Below, in pieces: positions 34,094 to 46,277 of a stretch of 64,000 nt of DNA. The notes below the pieces were generated by a model. It was not told the DNA's origin. It ran no database searches and saw only the letters and a list, made by a program, of their open reading frames with translations. The stretch's first letter is position 1, and each line of letters starts with the position of its first letter. The stretch is from assembly GCA_009103225.1 (NCBI GenBank), contig RHPI01000810.1, forward strand, positions 977,080 through 1,041,079. Reading direction: 5' to 3'. Origin of the DNA: Chlorokybus atmophyticus. Lineage: Eukaryota > Plantae > Mesostigma and Chlorokybus algae. A program made the position numbers and the translations under genes.

Positions 34094-35907
34094 ATTTGCC
34101 TCTTACATACAAGTGTGCACACACCAAGGACAAGTGCACCAAGCACGCCAACTATAGAGACAATGTGCGACCCACTGTGTTAAGCAGTATACAGTGTCTT
34201 ATATACTATGCTACTAAGCGCTAGTCAACTCTGGTCAAAGTCAACACTAGTCAACACTGGTCAATGGTCAAAGTCAACGGTCAAAGTAAAAGTTGACCAT
34301 GGTTGACCATAACTGCCGTAACTGCCGTAACTCTCCTAACTCTCGTAACTCTCGTAACTATAAAGATTAAGCTAATCGTACCAACTACATGTAGGCGCCA
34401 CCTAGACATGTACTTTCGACAAGCTATAACATTTAACACTCCCACGCGAGCATCTTGACCTTGAACTCCAAGTTCTTCTCGCAAGCTTACCCACCTTACC
34501 TTACTCCATTGAACACTCCCACGAATATGTTGCTCCCACGGACTTGATGCTTGTCTCCATGACACCATCCTTCTCCTCATGCTGCCAAAGGTTCCAATAC
34601 TCCTTGAACTCCTCACAAATGCTAGAAAGCAACTGCCACCGTGGCATGCTCCTCCTTGGTTGCCTCATCGTGGATCCTCTTCTGGCACTTGCGAATGAAG
34701 TGGCCCTTCATCTTTCAGTAGTGACACTCTTTGTCACGTGATGGCTTCCCACCACCTGCTTTGCTCCTGCTTCGTGTGTGTTGAGAAAATAAGGCAGCAA
34801 GTGCGATAGGTTCTCCACTATATCTTTCGAACATCCAACTTGCCTTCCACAGCTAGCAGGCTTAGGCACTACATCAGCAAAACCACATCTGAGAACTACA
34901 ACACAGTCACTAGCGTAGCAAAGCTCTTTCCTAAACCAGCTAAGACTGCCCACATTACCTCCTCTTCCTTCACATCGTGGCCCACTGCTACAAGGTCTTG
35001 CCAAAGCTCCCTTGCACGCGAGATGTACTTCTGGATTGGCTCTTTGTGCTCCATCTTCAGAAGTGTCAGCTTGCGTCTCAGCTGCAGCTTGCGCGAGTTG
35101 CTATTGGCCTTGAAGAGGGTGTCGAAGACCTCCCACGCCTCACGTCTAGTCTTGCAATCCGCAATAAGAGGGAGATGGAAGTCTTTAACGTGCAAGCCTA
35201 TCAGCGCAAAAGCTGATTGTGAGTTCTCGATCCAGGTTTCAACGTCACCTGTTCTTGGCCGCAATTATGTGGAAGAGGTGGGGTCGACAAAACTCCAGGA
35301 CTTCTTGCGGATCAGCACCAACTTCATCTTCAGCGACCATGAAGCGTAGTTGTGCAGATCAAGGGACTCGATGGGCATCCTATCTGTGTCAGCCGTTACT
35401 TGTTACACAATAGTACAACTCACCCTCTTCCCAAGAACACTATACTAGTAGGTGCCTATGCTCAACACTTTCTCTCACTAGCACAAGCAATCACACAAGC
35501 GAGTGTGGGCCCATAACCTGTTGAGAACTAGTGATGCGCCTAGTGTGTGTATATTTGCCTCTTACATACAAGTGTGCACACATTAAGGACAAGTGCAGCA
35601 AGCACGCCAACTATAGAGACAATGTGCGACCCACTGTATTAAGCAGTATACAGTGTCTTACATACTATGCTACTAAGCACTGGTCAACTCTGGTCAACTC
35701 TGGTCAAAGTCAACACTAGTTAACACTGGTCAATGGTCAAAGTCAGTGGTCAAAGTCAAAGTTGACCATGGTTGACCATGACTGCCGTAACTGCCGTAAC
35801 TCTCCTAACTCTTGTAACTCCCGTAACTATAAAGGTTAAGCTGATCGTACCAATTACATGTAGGCGCCACCTATACATGTACTTTCAACAAGCTATAACA
35901 TTTAACA

Positions 35908-38900
35908 GCAGGCAAGTATGGATTGGTTTACAACCACTGTTCTACCCATGATACACAGGTAGTAGCGGGACCATAGTTGCAACTGGCCTTGGATTTTCTT
36001 CACGACTGCTGCAGGGAGACCTATAGCGGCACCCGTAGCATAACATAGCAGCATCCCTATGTGCTAGCGCAGAGGCCCCAGCGCAGAGGAGGGGGGGAGC
36101 GGTGTGCAAGACTCAACATGATGCCTACCGACTTGCGATATTCAAGAAGAGAGTCCGAAGCAATAGTCCGCCATGATGCTTGTAAAATTCAATAACTGCA
36201 CCAATCATCGCAATGAGGATGGCCATGTCATCAAAAAAGGCATATCATCAACGCTCCCCCACATCTTTCATGTCGCATGCAGCACCCTCCTATATATCAT
36301 CATCGGAGGGGAGAAGGCGGAGACCCATAAGAAAGGAAAAGGGACGTAGCATCTAGCCCAACGCTTCTGATGCAAGATTGAAGACAGAGTATGGCACCAC
36401 TCAAGCGGAGGGGGGAGTGAGATTCTTCGTGATGCCCCCTTTGACCTGCCCGAGCAATGTGGAGCTGCAGCTATAGTGTAGCGTCTGCAGAACTTGAGGC
36501 ATTAACGGGCGCAGTGGAGACATCCTTCATAAAATGTACCACCCAAACATCCAATGCGAAGGGGTTCTGTTGAGAGCTGAAAAGCGAGGAAACTTCATTC
36601 CATCAGACCCACGAGGCCACCACCATTCCGCCCATCATGGTGCGCGGCTGACACCCGTGCTCCAGTGCATCTTCACGCTACAACAGCAGCGCGACCCCGG
36701 CAGAGCGAACGGCTGAGGGTGGGAAGGATGCATGCGCGTCACACCCAACCACAAGCACGAGCTCGCATATCGCAGCAGCAAGGAGTGGAAAAGCACCGTG
36801 GGCTGCTTGCCAAGAGATGCATTCCGAGCACACGAGGACGGAGGGTGTAACGGGAGCAATAATAATCAGGGTATTATTGCTACCTACATAACACATTCTG
36901 TATGAATAAGTATATAATATATGCTTATTTATACCTCTTTTCTACGGTTCCTCGCTGAAAGGCTTGTCATAGGCGGTGTGGGTGTTGGGTAGAGGATTGA
37001 AGGGGCATCACCGGCGACGGTGGTGCTGTTACAGAGGGGACCGAGAAGGTGAGGGTGCAGAGTGGTGCTGCCCAGCTGGTTCCCCGCCAATTCACCTGCT
37101 GCCGAGCGGCCCCCCCCCCCCCCCCCCCCCCCCCNCCGGAGCTGGCAGATGATCATCAGAAGTCATTGACCTCCACTCCTCAATTGCTCAAAGAAAGCGC
37201 AGGAAGAACACCATGGTTGCACCGGTGACGAGGAGAAACCTCCACTCCCAGAGCGCCAGCCAGCAATGGTCCTCTCGTGCTGGCGTTAATATCCAGCGCG
37301 TCGACGAAAAGAAGAAAATGACGTATGCAACGTCCTTCTTCGTGCCCACTTGCACCCCAGTGTTGATGAGGGCATAGTCAATCTCCATTTCCTCATCTGC
37401 CGCCTTCAGAGACACCTCCACATGCCGCAGAGAGGCAAGGAGGTTGGTGTTAAGATGGACGTTGACAAGCATACACATGCACAAGTGCACACCACAACAT
37501 CAGCGTTAGGAGACCACACAAGACCATCTGTTGCCATTATGTCCATGGGTTTTATACCCGCCAGCTATATATGCTTTTACTCTAGAAGGTACTGCATCTA
37601 GCACTCAACCATAAATTAAGCTCCAAGTTGCTGCACGTAGCTAACTTTGAGAGCTTTTTCACAAGCTATAACACACGCCAAATAATCAAGTAACCATTGA
37701 GATACAACCATTCTTCTACAGCGCCAAAGTCTCCAGACTCGCCGACGCACCTGGAACCTCTCCACTTGAGTCGCCTCAACCTTCTGGCGGCTATTCCTAT
37801 GCAGAGGGCAAGTTGACCGGCTGACATAGATGGAAAAATATCCTCAACAGTTGGTGCGCAGCCACTCCCGAGGTGTGCGCATGTGCGAAGGGGGAAGAAG
37901 TTGGGTGCACATCAGCCCCAAACGCTGGCCAACCGAGGTAAGAAGGATATTGGAGGGGGGCTCCGCATTTAGCGTGCCAAAGCCTATGACTGGCACCACT
38001 AGTAGTCGGCTAGAGTATGCCAGGTCGGTAGTCACCCCAGCACTGCGAAGGCAGTCGAGCAAGGGCGGGGGAAAGAATGGACGGTGTCCTCCGCTGCCAG
38101 TGACGGAGGAGGAGAAGTTGTTCATCCACCTCCGAAAAGGCCTCCAGGTCTTCAAGGGTGGAGAAGACCTGCTGTTCATGCTCATCTTATCCGCGCAGCT
38201 GCGTACCGTTGGCGCAGTTGGAGGAGATGGGGTTGCTGCAGGCGTGTGCACGGGGTGGTCCGGCGCAAGAGCAGTAGTAGCACATGTTGGCTGAAGCCAG
38301 GAGCAAATGGAGGGTTGCCTACTAGCTGAGCCGTGCGTGGGAAGCGGGAGTCGCCTCCACCTGTATCTCCTCGGCACGATCATCTCCCAACCATCTTCCA
38401 TATCAGCAACGGACGGGAGACGTGCCGCCGGGAGGAGGGGGGGGGGNTTTTTGAGAAGAGGGCAACATTAATGTGTCTTCATCTTGCTGCAGAGAATCCT
38501 CCTGCGCCTCGATGCGAGTGACAGCAACCTGGCTCAGCAGATGAGAGGAGAGGGGGCCCATCTCAACAACCTCTGCATCTGCATTGCAATCAGCTGCCGG
38601 AGAGGGAGGGAGAGGAGAGTTTGCTGAAGGGGAGGCAGTTGCATGCGACTGAGAGTGGGTAGCATATTGATGCGACATAGACTCGGCTGGTCATCACCTG
38701 CCGAGGTGAGCACGCTTGTGTGCATGGGGCAGTTGGCACAAGTGTGACCTGGCTGTTGGCACCCAATGCAGGTCAGGGGAGATGAGGACGATAAAACATC
38801 CACCGTGTGCACCCTCAGCTGCCCTTCGTGCATTGTCTTAAATGCAATCTTTTTTGGAAGGACTGCATCCGGCTTGGGGTCGAAATGGAAACGGGATGAG

Positions 38901-39700
38901 CAGCTCGAAGGGAAGTTGGCCACCGACGAGAGGGAAGAGGAGGATCCGAGGTGACCATATGCCAAAATTGCAGGCTTTTTAGAATGGGAGAAGTTCCGGG
39001 TGTGCACCGAGAAAGGAAATCCAAAATCTGGGTGCTTCGAGCTCCGACCAGCGGATGACACGAACATGCAAGTTGTTGCAGCGGGGGAGCTTGCCACGCA
39101 TTGTACGAGTAATACATGGCATGTAACGCTCGTACACGCTGTCCGCACCTGCTACCGAAGAGAATACACACTAAAACTCTCCGGAGGGGAGGGAACATAT
39201 GAAGTATGGAAGACTACCCCCAGCCCCTTCCGAGCAAACATCGCGCAACCATGCCACACGGACACTAGCTGCATTCCCTAAGCCTAACGACTACTAGAAC
39301 ACGAAGACAAGTGCGAAGGACGCGAGCCTGGACTGCCATGTGTCATATGCATCAAGAGAAACATTAACCTCCATGACACATGCATCCGCGAGAAGGGGAG
39401 AGCAAGGAGGTACAACAGACGATGCAGCCACCAAGTGGGAAAGTAACTTAGCTGCGTTGGGTGAGCCCCCCTTCAAGAGGCCAGACGCTGGGCGTGCAGT
39501 GCCCCGCAGGGCGGAGGGGAAAGCCTGCGATCTCTAGGCGCTTTGATTGTCCTCGAAAATGCGCAGAATCCGGGGTGGGCGGAGCAGCGGAGGTGAGAGG
39601 GGGAAAGGCTGACCCGCCGGGGCCGTCTAACCCCTCCATCTCGTGTGGTCCGCCGACATGGCCATCCTGTGTCCGAATCGGACGCTGATTAATTGGCCAA
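35908..39700 (-). mobile_element. L1-type LINE, 5' part: ORF1 (CCHC knuckle), APE endonuclease and RT remnants
   Basis: CIGCQQPGHTCANC (~38720-38770); EIDYALIN...EDHCWL (APE C-terminus-like, ~37250-37400); VFNLASEALG.MLR and FFDDMAIL (~36230-36400); 5' boundary approximate. Confidence 0.7.
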
Positions 39701-40503
39701 AAATAGAAAAACATCAGAAAGATGGGGCTGGGCGGGCAGGGGAGCAGGATTAGAGCGGATCATCCTCCCCGCTCCGTGCCCCACCTACCCCCCGCAATCC
39801 ACATCTTCCCCCGCCACGTCCTAATGAGCAAGTCCGCCGCCGCTCCATTGCTACGGCTATTGGCTGCCGATAGCCAACTGTTCAAGATGCAAAAATTGTG
39901 GCGGCTACCTTGTGCGGTCAAAGGCATCTTTGAACGTAAACAACAATAACAGTAATTCAAACTTGATATGTCATTTTCATCATACATAATGAGTCTAATA
40001 ATTTACGCAATATTGGTTTTATTACGATAGCAACATGCACTAAACGCATTGCGTACTATGCAACAACAGAAGATACGTTGGCATCGCGCTATTGCTAACA
40101 GGCAGGTCGCAGTGTGATCATGATTCGGCCTGAAACCACCAACCCCAATTGCACCAATTAAAGTCAAAAATTCAATCGTCGCCCACCCGAATAACTGATA
40201 GGTAGTGCTAAGTGCGATTGGACACAACAAAGATGACATTATCACACCAGGTATCGTACAACGCAGTATGCAAACAAATCGCCCAAACTCCGACATGTCA
40301 TGAGCAGATAGACCTTAATACACGGATGCTGGATGCTAAAAAGCTTGCTTGGTTAGCGTAGTACGTTATCTTTAAGCTCCGCTGCAGGTTAGTACGACAT
40401 CATTCTACATGTGCACCAATGGCTTTTAACCGCAACTTGTTGTTGAACACGCAGTGCGGGCGTTGATGAAGACATTAAATCTCAAGCAATGCTTAAATGT
40501 TTA

Positions 40504-40593
40504 TGCTGGGGGTGGTGGGTGCTGAGCACCCACCACCCCCAGCACAAACATTTAATGAAGGCAGGGAGTGGTGGGTGCTGAGCACCCACCACT
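40504..40593. repeat. Two GC-rich palindromes sharing the core GTGGTGGGTGCT-G-AGCACCCACCAC
   Basis: Perfect 20-bp arms at 40504-40544; 13-bp arms at 40567-40593. Confidence 0.9.
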
Positions 40594-42449
40594 TTCTTAG
40601 CCTCTACTATTGCCAGCGTCAATGCAAAGGGAGTGTTATTTTCACATACCATCATAGTTACAGGTTGTATAATACAACCTGTGTTATGGTGTGTTCAAAG
40701 TTGGCACCGCAAATCTTTTGTGTGCATGCATGCATGTAAATTGATGTAAAATCAAGAAACTTGCACATACGCATGTCCACATCAAGTCCGTAATATAAGC
40801 CAAAACTGTGACAGTGCAAGTGTGCACACGTATACATGCTCGCTAACATACTTGTTATGTGCGTAATGAATTTACAAAGTCAAGTTTTTCTCATGCACCG
40901 TGGTAACACATACGTTCAATGTGGGTTGTAACTTACAACCCACACTAATTTGTGAGACTTATTTCTCAATCCAACTGTTTGTTATTGTGATCTTTTGAGT
41001 TAAGGAAATGCGTTGGCGATTGGGTTGTCGCAAGCCGCAATACCACACTGAATTTTCAACCCAAGCTACTTTACAACAAACTTTAATGTCGCAGTATGTG
41101 TGTCACCACGATGAATCTATTTGGAACATAAAAGGTAACCGTGCCATGCTATAGCACATGCGTACGTGTACATGCTCACTAACATACTTGTTATGATGTG
41201 CGTAAAGTGCGTACATGCGAGCAACATCTCAAACTTGATTATGTGGGCGCAAGTACGTATATCACGCATATGTGTTTGCTATTACGTTTTTATGCTATTG
41301 CAAAGTACGTAGCCTACCATTGGCAATGGCAACATGCTCAATTTATAATGTGTTAATCTATAACTACCCACTGAATCATGCTGTGCTGCGGTTTATAAAA
41401 AAACATTATTAGTATTATTAGTATAAGGGTTCTACATTAATAAATTGTCATAATAAATTTTCTCGTGTAGGCTTTAAGATTTCACTTGCAATTATACATG
41501 GCACGATTATTAATAAATACCAAACAGTTTGCAATTGATCGCGTAAAAAGTCCGATTACCGGTACTGTCTATATGTTTAATGCGAGTATTATAGATAATA
41601 CATTATATATCCTATTGGAAAAGATTTTGGTGCTTAAATGATGTGATTAATGACTTGCGCTTATGTATTGTGTGTGTGACACACTTTATCGAAGTTCCGC
41701 CGCACGTGGCGGCCAGTGTGGTAAGGTGGTTAAGCTTGGGGCATGGTTGCATACAATGAAGTTAGTTACAAATCGGCGATAGCAAATTGTGGAATGCATT
41801 GTCACATGACAAACTGAATCCGTATCATACGTAATTAAAAATGTATGAACATGCTCGTGTTTATGTCATGTCGCATGCGTATTATGTATCATGCAATTAT
41901 GTGCGCAACGATGCATCGTTGTGCGTCATGTTAATGGTGGGGGACAATGATTTATAGTTGCATTTGTGATTGCCCATTAAGCCACCGGCGGTTAAAATCC
42001 ATATGAACCTCATACCAATAATGCATACGCTGGCTTTGTCTTGCATAAATCACATCGTGTACATGAACATGTGCTGGAAAGGACATACAAAACAAGCAGA
42101 TCATATGTCTCACCTACTGCCCCACCCCATGGAGAATGCGTTCATGCACGCGTGCCTTCGCGGTTGTAATACTCAACACCGCTAGCCATATACTTGCTCA
42201 ATGACTTCAAGCCGTACGAGTTCAATTAATTAAATTAAGCGCCCATGACCTCTATCACTCATATGATAGCCCCTTGCGCCCATGGAGCTTTAAACACCAT
42301 AGCCACCTTTAGGTCGAGGGCACATTTTGACTCAATGAGTCACAAAAAAATGTTGAATTGCTTCAAATGTTAGCACGACAGCACCACTCTTGGCATGCGT
42401 GGCGGGTGTGATTATCTGGTTAACAACAAGCAAAATTAAAATACAGCCG

Positions 42450-42716
42450 CCAGCTCTTAGTTGGGTGGTTCCAGCAATGCTGGATGCTCCGGGGCCAACC
42501 GATGACGGTTGTACAAATCCCAAAAGATGGTGAGGGTCTCTTCGGTGATGCGAAGGGTGCGGAAGTCGTGGCCCAGCTCCTAACGCGGGCTCCTGGTTGG
42601 GTGGTTCCAGCAATGCTGGACGCTCCGGGGCCAACCGACGACGGTTGTACAGATCCCGGAACATGGTGAGGGTTTCGTCGGTGATGCAAAGGGTGCGGAA
42701 GTCGTGGCCAGCTCCT
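42450..42716. repeat. Two-copy direct tandem repeat, 136-bp period
   Basis: GTTGGGTGGTTCCAGCAATGCTGGA at 42460 and 42596; CGGAAGTCGTGGCC at 42560 and 42696. Confidence 0.9.
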
Positions 42717-42726
42717 CACAATTGAG

Positions 42727-42789
42727 AACCGCATCCTCCCCATTTTTGAGCACTCAAACATAAGTGCTCAAAAAGGGGAGCATGCGGTT
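42727..42789. repeat. Foldback hairpin, ~28-bp stem, 8-nt loop
   Basis: AACCGCATCCTCCCCATTTTTGAGCACT / AGTGCTCAAAAAGGGGAGCATGCGGTT, one mismatch and one bulge. Confidence 0.85.
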
Positions 42790-43593
42790 TTGTTAATGAG
42801 AAGGCCACGGCTGTGACGGCCAGGCTTGTCAAGTTACAGGCTTGTTGTTTTGCCCCCTATATGTTGTACAGCTCTCATATCAAAGAGGGGTAAGCTTCAA
42901 GCTTTAACAGCTCACCGCTTTTTTGAATGAGGGTTCTAGGTAAGGAGTAAGGTACTAAGGACTAAGGTAAGAAAACTATACACCGCTTTTGGTGTTTGTC
43001 GGGGGCATCTTCAAAGTACACTTTCCGAATCTTCATTCCGTTACCACCGCACTCATTGCGACAGGGACAGGTGTCGTACGAGGAGGGACTGTCGCGCGCG
43101 CGATCGGTCACGTCATCGCGCGACAGGCGGGCGACGCGCGGCGACCTGCGTGTCATGCCTATCCACTCCCTCGCCCACCCCCCCTAACGGCTCTCGCGCG
43201 CAATCTCTGCCTCTCCGGAGATTCAGCCGACCAGTCCTGTTCGCAGCCGGGACTGTGCGCGCGAAACCGCCTGCTGTCTCCCGGGTCCCGAGCGGGGAAC
43301 CTGCTAGGTCCCGGCATCGGCAGTCGTTGTTTTGGCGGGTCGCGTCCGTCGGCGTATGCGTACGGACGTCGCCCGGCCGCGGGGTGTAGGGCGCCGGGCG
43401 CAGCGTGCGAGTGAGCATGTGTGTCGACCCACGTGCTGATGATGACTGATGGCTTGCTTGCTTGCGGGGCAGGTCAATCGTTGTGCTCTGCCCGGCTCTG
43501 CTCTGCTCTGAGCAGTGTGGTGCAAGTCAAGGGGGCAAGGGCGGCGGCGACGGTGGCCTTGGCGGCGCAAGTGTAGGCGCAAGAGCAACTGGG

Positions 43594-45603
43594 ATGGCTG
43601 CCGAGGAGACTCGGGGAGGAGATGCGCCGCTCACAGCGGCAGAGGCTGCTGCGCCTTCGCTGTCCCCTCCGCCTGCGCCTGCTCCCCCTCCTCCACCGCC
43701 GCCGCCGCTTGCGTCGGCGGCAGCAGCAGCAGCTGCATATGGAGGTTCGGGAAATAGAAGCGTGTATGTCGGTAACTTGCCGGCAGACTGCAGCGAGGAG
43801 GTTTTGACTGAGCTCGCTGCCAAGGCGGGCCCTGTCCTGCGAGTCAACATCGTCCGGAGCAAGGACGAGTCTGGAGGCTGCAAGGTGTTTGGCTTCGTGG
43901 AGTACTCGAGTCATGACGACGCCAAGGCCGCGCTGGAGTTGCTTCCTCACGACAAAATGTGAGTGCAACTAGTTCCTCCCACCCTCTTTGTGATTGGCAT
44001 TGGGAGCCTGCATCCATCCATCCATCCATCCATCCATCCATCCATCTATGTACTCACCGCGACACTGCTTCTCTCTCCACAGCATGGACCACACTGTGAC
44101 CATTGGTTGGGCGAGAGGCTCCAAGTACCAACACCACCACTACCACCATCATCATCATCCCCACCACCTGCACGGCTACCCCCACCACCCTCACCAGTAC
44201 CCTCAGAGGCAGCACCCTCCTCCACCCCACCACCACGGCAACGGCGGCGTCAACGGCGCTCCCGGCTCGCACGCCTCGTCGGACGCAGGAGGGGACAGCG
44301 CCGCCACGGCACACTCAGAGGACAGCAACAGCAATACCAGCAACACGCAGCTGTTCATCGGAGACCTTGCTGCCGACGTCGACCAGGAGATGCTGCACGC
44401 CGCGTTCATGGGATTCGGGGAATGCATGTGAGAAGAGTTTATCTGCTGCCTGCTGTAGCAGCTGTTGTATGCTTGTTGTCAACGTAGTTGGTCATGTTGT
44501 TTTGGATGTTGTGTGATGTGCGTGTCAACTGTGTGATTGCTGCAGGGATTACAGGGTCATCATGGACAGGACGACCCATGTCTCAAAGAAGTACGGCTTT
44601 GTCCGGTTTAAGAACCACGAAGATGCCCAGCGTGCACTGGAGAGTATGCACGGTAAGCTGATGACAATGCCTCCAAGCCCACACATGCCTCCATTCCGCA
44701 CAGCACTGTTGGTGTCATCACAATCACACACGCACGCGCTTACGTGCATTAACGCATGTGCGCACGATTGCAGGACAATGGCTAGGTTCTCGGCAGATCC
44801 GTTGCAGCTGGGCCAACCCGCCGAAGAGCGACGGCGGTGGCGCCAACGCGGTCCCCGTGGACAACTCCACCAACACGACGGTGTACGTGGGGCCGGACCT
44901 GGCGTTGGACGTGACGGCGGAGCTGGTGCGCGCTCTCTTCACCCAGTTTGGCGACGTGGAGGACGTGCGGCTGCAGGACAAGCAAGGAAAGCGTTTCGGG
45001 TTCGTGCGTTTCATCACCCACGACGCCGCGCAGGCCGCCATCTCCGCGATGCACGGCTACACGCTCTCTGGCCGCGTCCTCAAGTGCGACTGGGGGAAAG
45101 ACCCCAACCAGCAAGCCGCCGCACGTCACAACCTGCTCGCGCACATCAACCACAAGTACCGCCACCACCACGCGGCGGTGCACTTTGCTGCGGGAGCCGG
45201 CGCGCACAACCTCAGCCTGGCGGCCACTTACCCGATGCACGCGTACCCCGCGTACACGCCGTGGCACGCCGCCGCCGCCGCCGCAGCAGCTATGCATCAT
45301 CCCGGCGCGCACAGCTTCCCGCACACAGCAGCCACCCAACCCGCGCTCTACCCCGCAGCTGCCGCGTACGACATGTCCCCCGCCGCCGCGGGGATCATGC
45401 ACGACGCCGCCGCTGCCGCCCCCGTGTACGCATACGCGCCATACCACCACCACCACCAGCACGCAATGTTCTCGCCAGCACTCGGTACGTGGGACATGCG
45501 CTTTGTTGTGTGTCAGGGTGTTCAACAGGTTGCACGTGTTGACACACGTATGTGCTTGTGCGCAGGTGCTGAGCACTATGGCGTGGAGCTCTGGCAGGCG
45601 TAA
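43594..45603 (+). CDS. UBP1/TIA-1-like three-RRM RNA-binding protein
   Basis: Exons 43594-43958, 44083-44427, 44546-44652, 44774-45484, 45566-45603; all GT-AG and in phase; SVYVGNL, VFGFVEY, LFIGDL, KYGFVRF, GQWLGSRQIRCSWA, TTVYVG, RFGFVRF. Confidence 0.88.
44011..44045. repeat. (CATC)n microsatellite in intron 1
   Basis: About 8 units. Confidence 0.95.
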
Positions 45604-46277
45604 GCGCGAGTGGAAATTTCAGCCACCCTCAGTTGAGCACAATGCTTGCGTGTGTGTCATGAGAAGAGAGTGACACCCAAAGCAGCAGCAGTTGAGAGTA
45701 GGGGTAGCTGGCCAGTTGTAGCAGGGCTAGGGGCTAGGCTACCACTGCATCAGGGGTAGCTGACAGCGTAGTTGTTGGCGCATCATGTGCACCCGCACAG
45801 TCACACTGGCTGTGCGCGTGCAGCCGCGCATCATGTGTAGGGCTCGTGTCGCTTTGTGCGCGTATGTGTTTGTGTGTGTCGTTGTTGTGTAGTTTGATGT
45901 GGCGTGTAGCGTGAAACAAGGACAATTGCAGAGACAATGATTTGATTTATTGAAGGGATTTGCCCACGTGTTGCTGCTTTGTCCTTGGTTGTTCGCGTTG
46001 TATGCTTGCACTGCAAGTTTGCCCCCAGCGTCATAGTACACTTGCACTCTCTTTGCCTGTCTCTTGACCTAATGCATGCGCACCATAGTAGTATCCAACC
46101 TCTGATATGTCGAATTGTTCAGCAACGTCAAGTATTGTCGCCTGATCAGTGAGTCGCATTCTCGCACCAAATGACATTGTGTCTGTAGTACTCGCAACAT
46201 GACAAGACCGAGACGCTGTCTACCACATCTACCGCTACCACTGGCTTCACCACAACGTAAAGTCCTAATAATGTCTG

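Larger units (their letters stand above)
31726..35907 (-). mobile_element. Family A element (outer, internally deleted) inserted in the LINE
   Basis: 3' LTR split into 31726-31764 and 34099-34438; 5' LTR 35519-35907; TSD GCAGG at 31721-31725 and 35908-35912; LINE frame rejoins as NQSILAC|LW. Confidence 0.93.

Noticed and set aside
649-35907. Regularly recurring repeats as a CRISPR-like array
   Set aside because: The repeats are 370-400-bp LTRs and internal minisatellites with no unique spacers; eukaryotic context
44782-45576. Long overlapping or antisense ORFs over the genes (e.g. 44782-45576, 49680-50699, 50288-51016, 59908-60648)
   Set aside because: Expected stop-poor shadow frames of GC-rich, low-complexity exons; the sense models are supported by domains and splice phase
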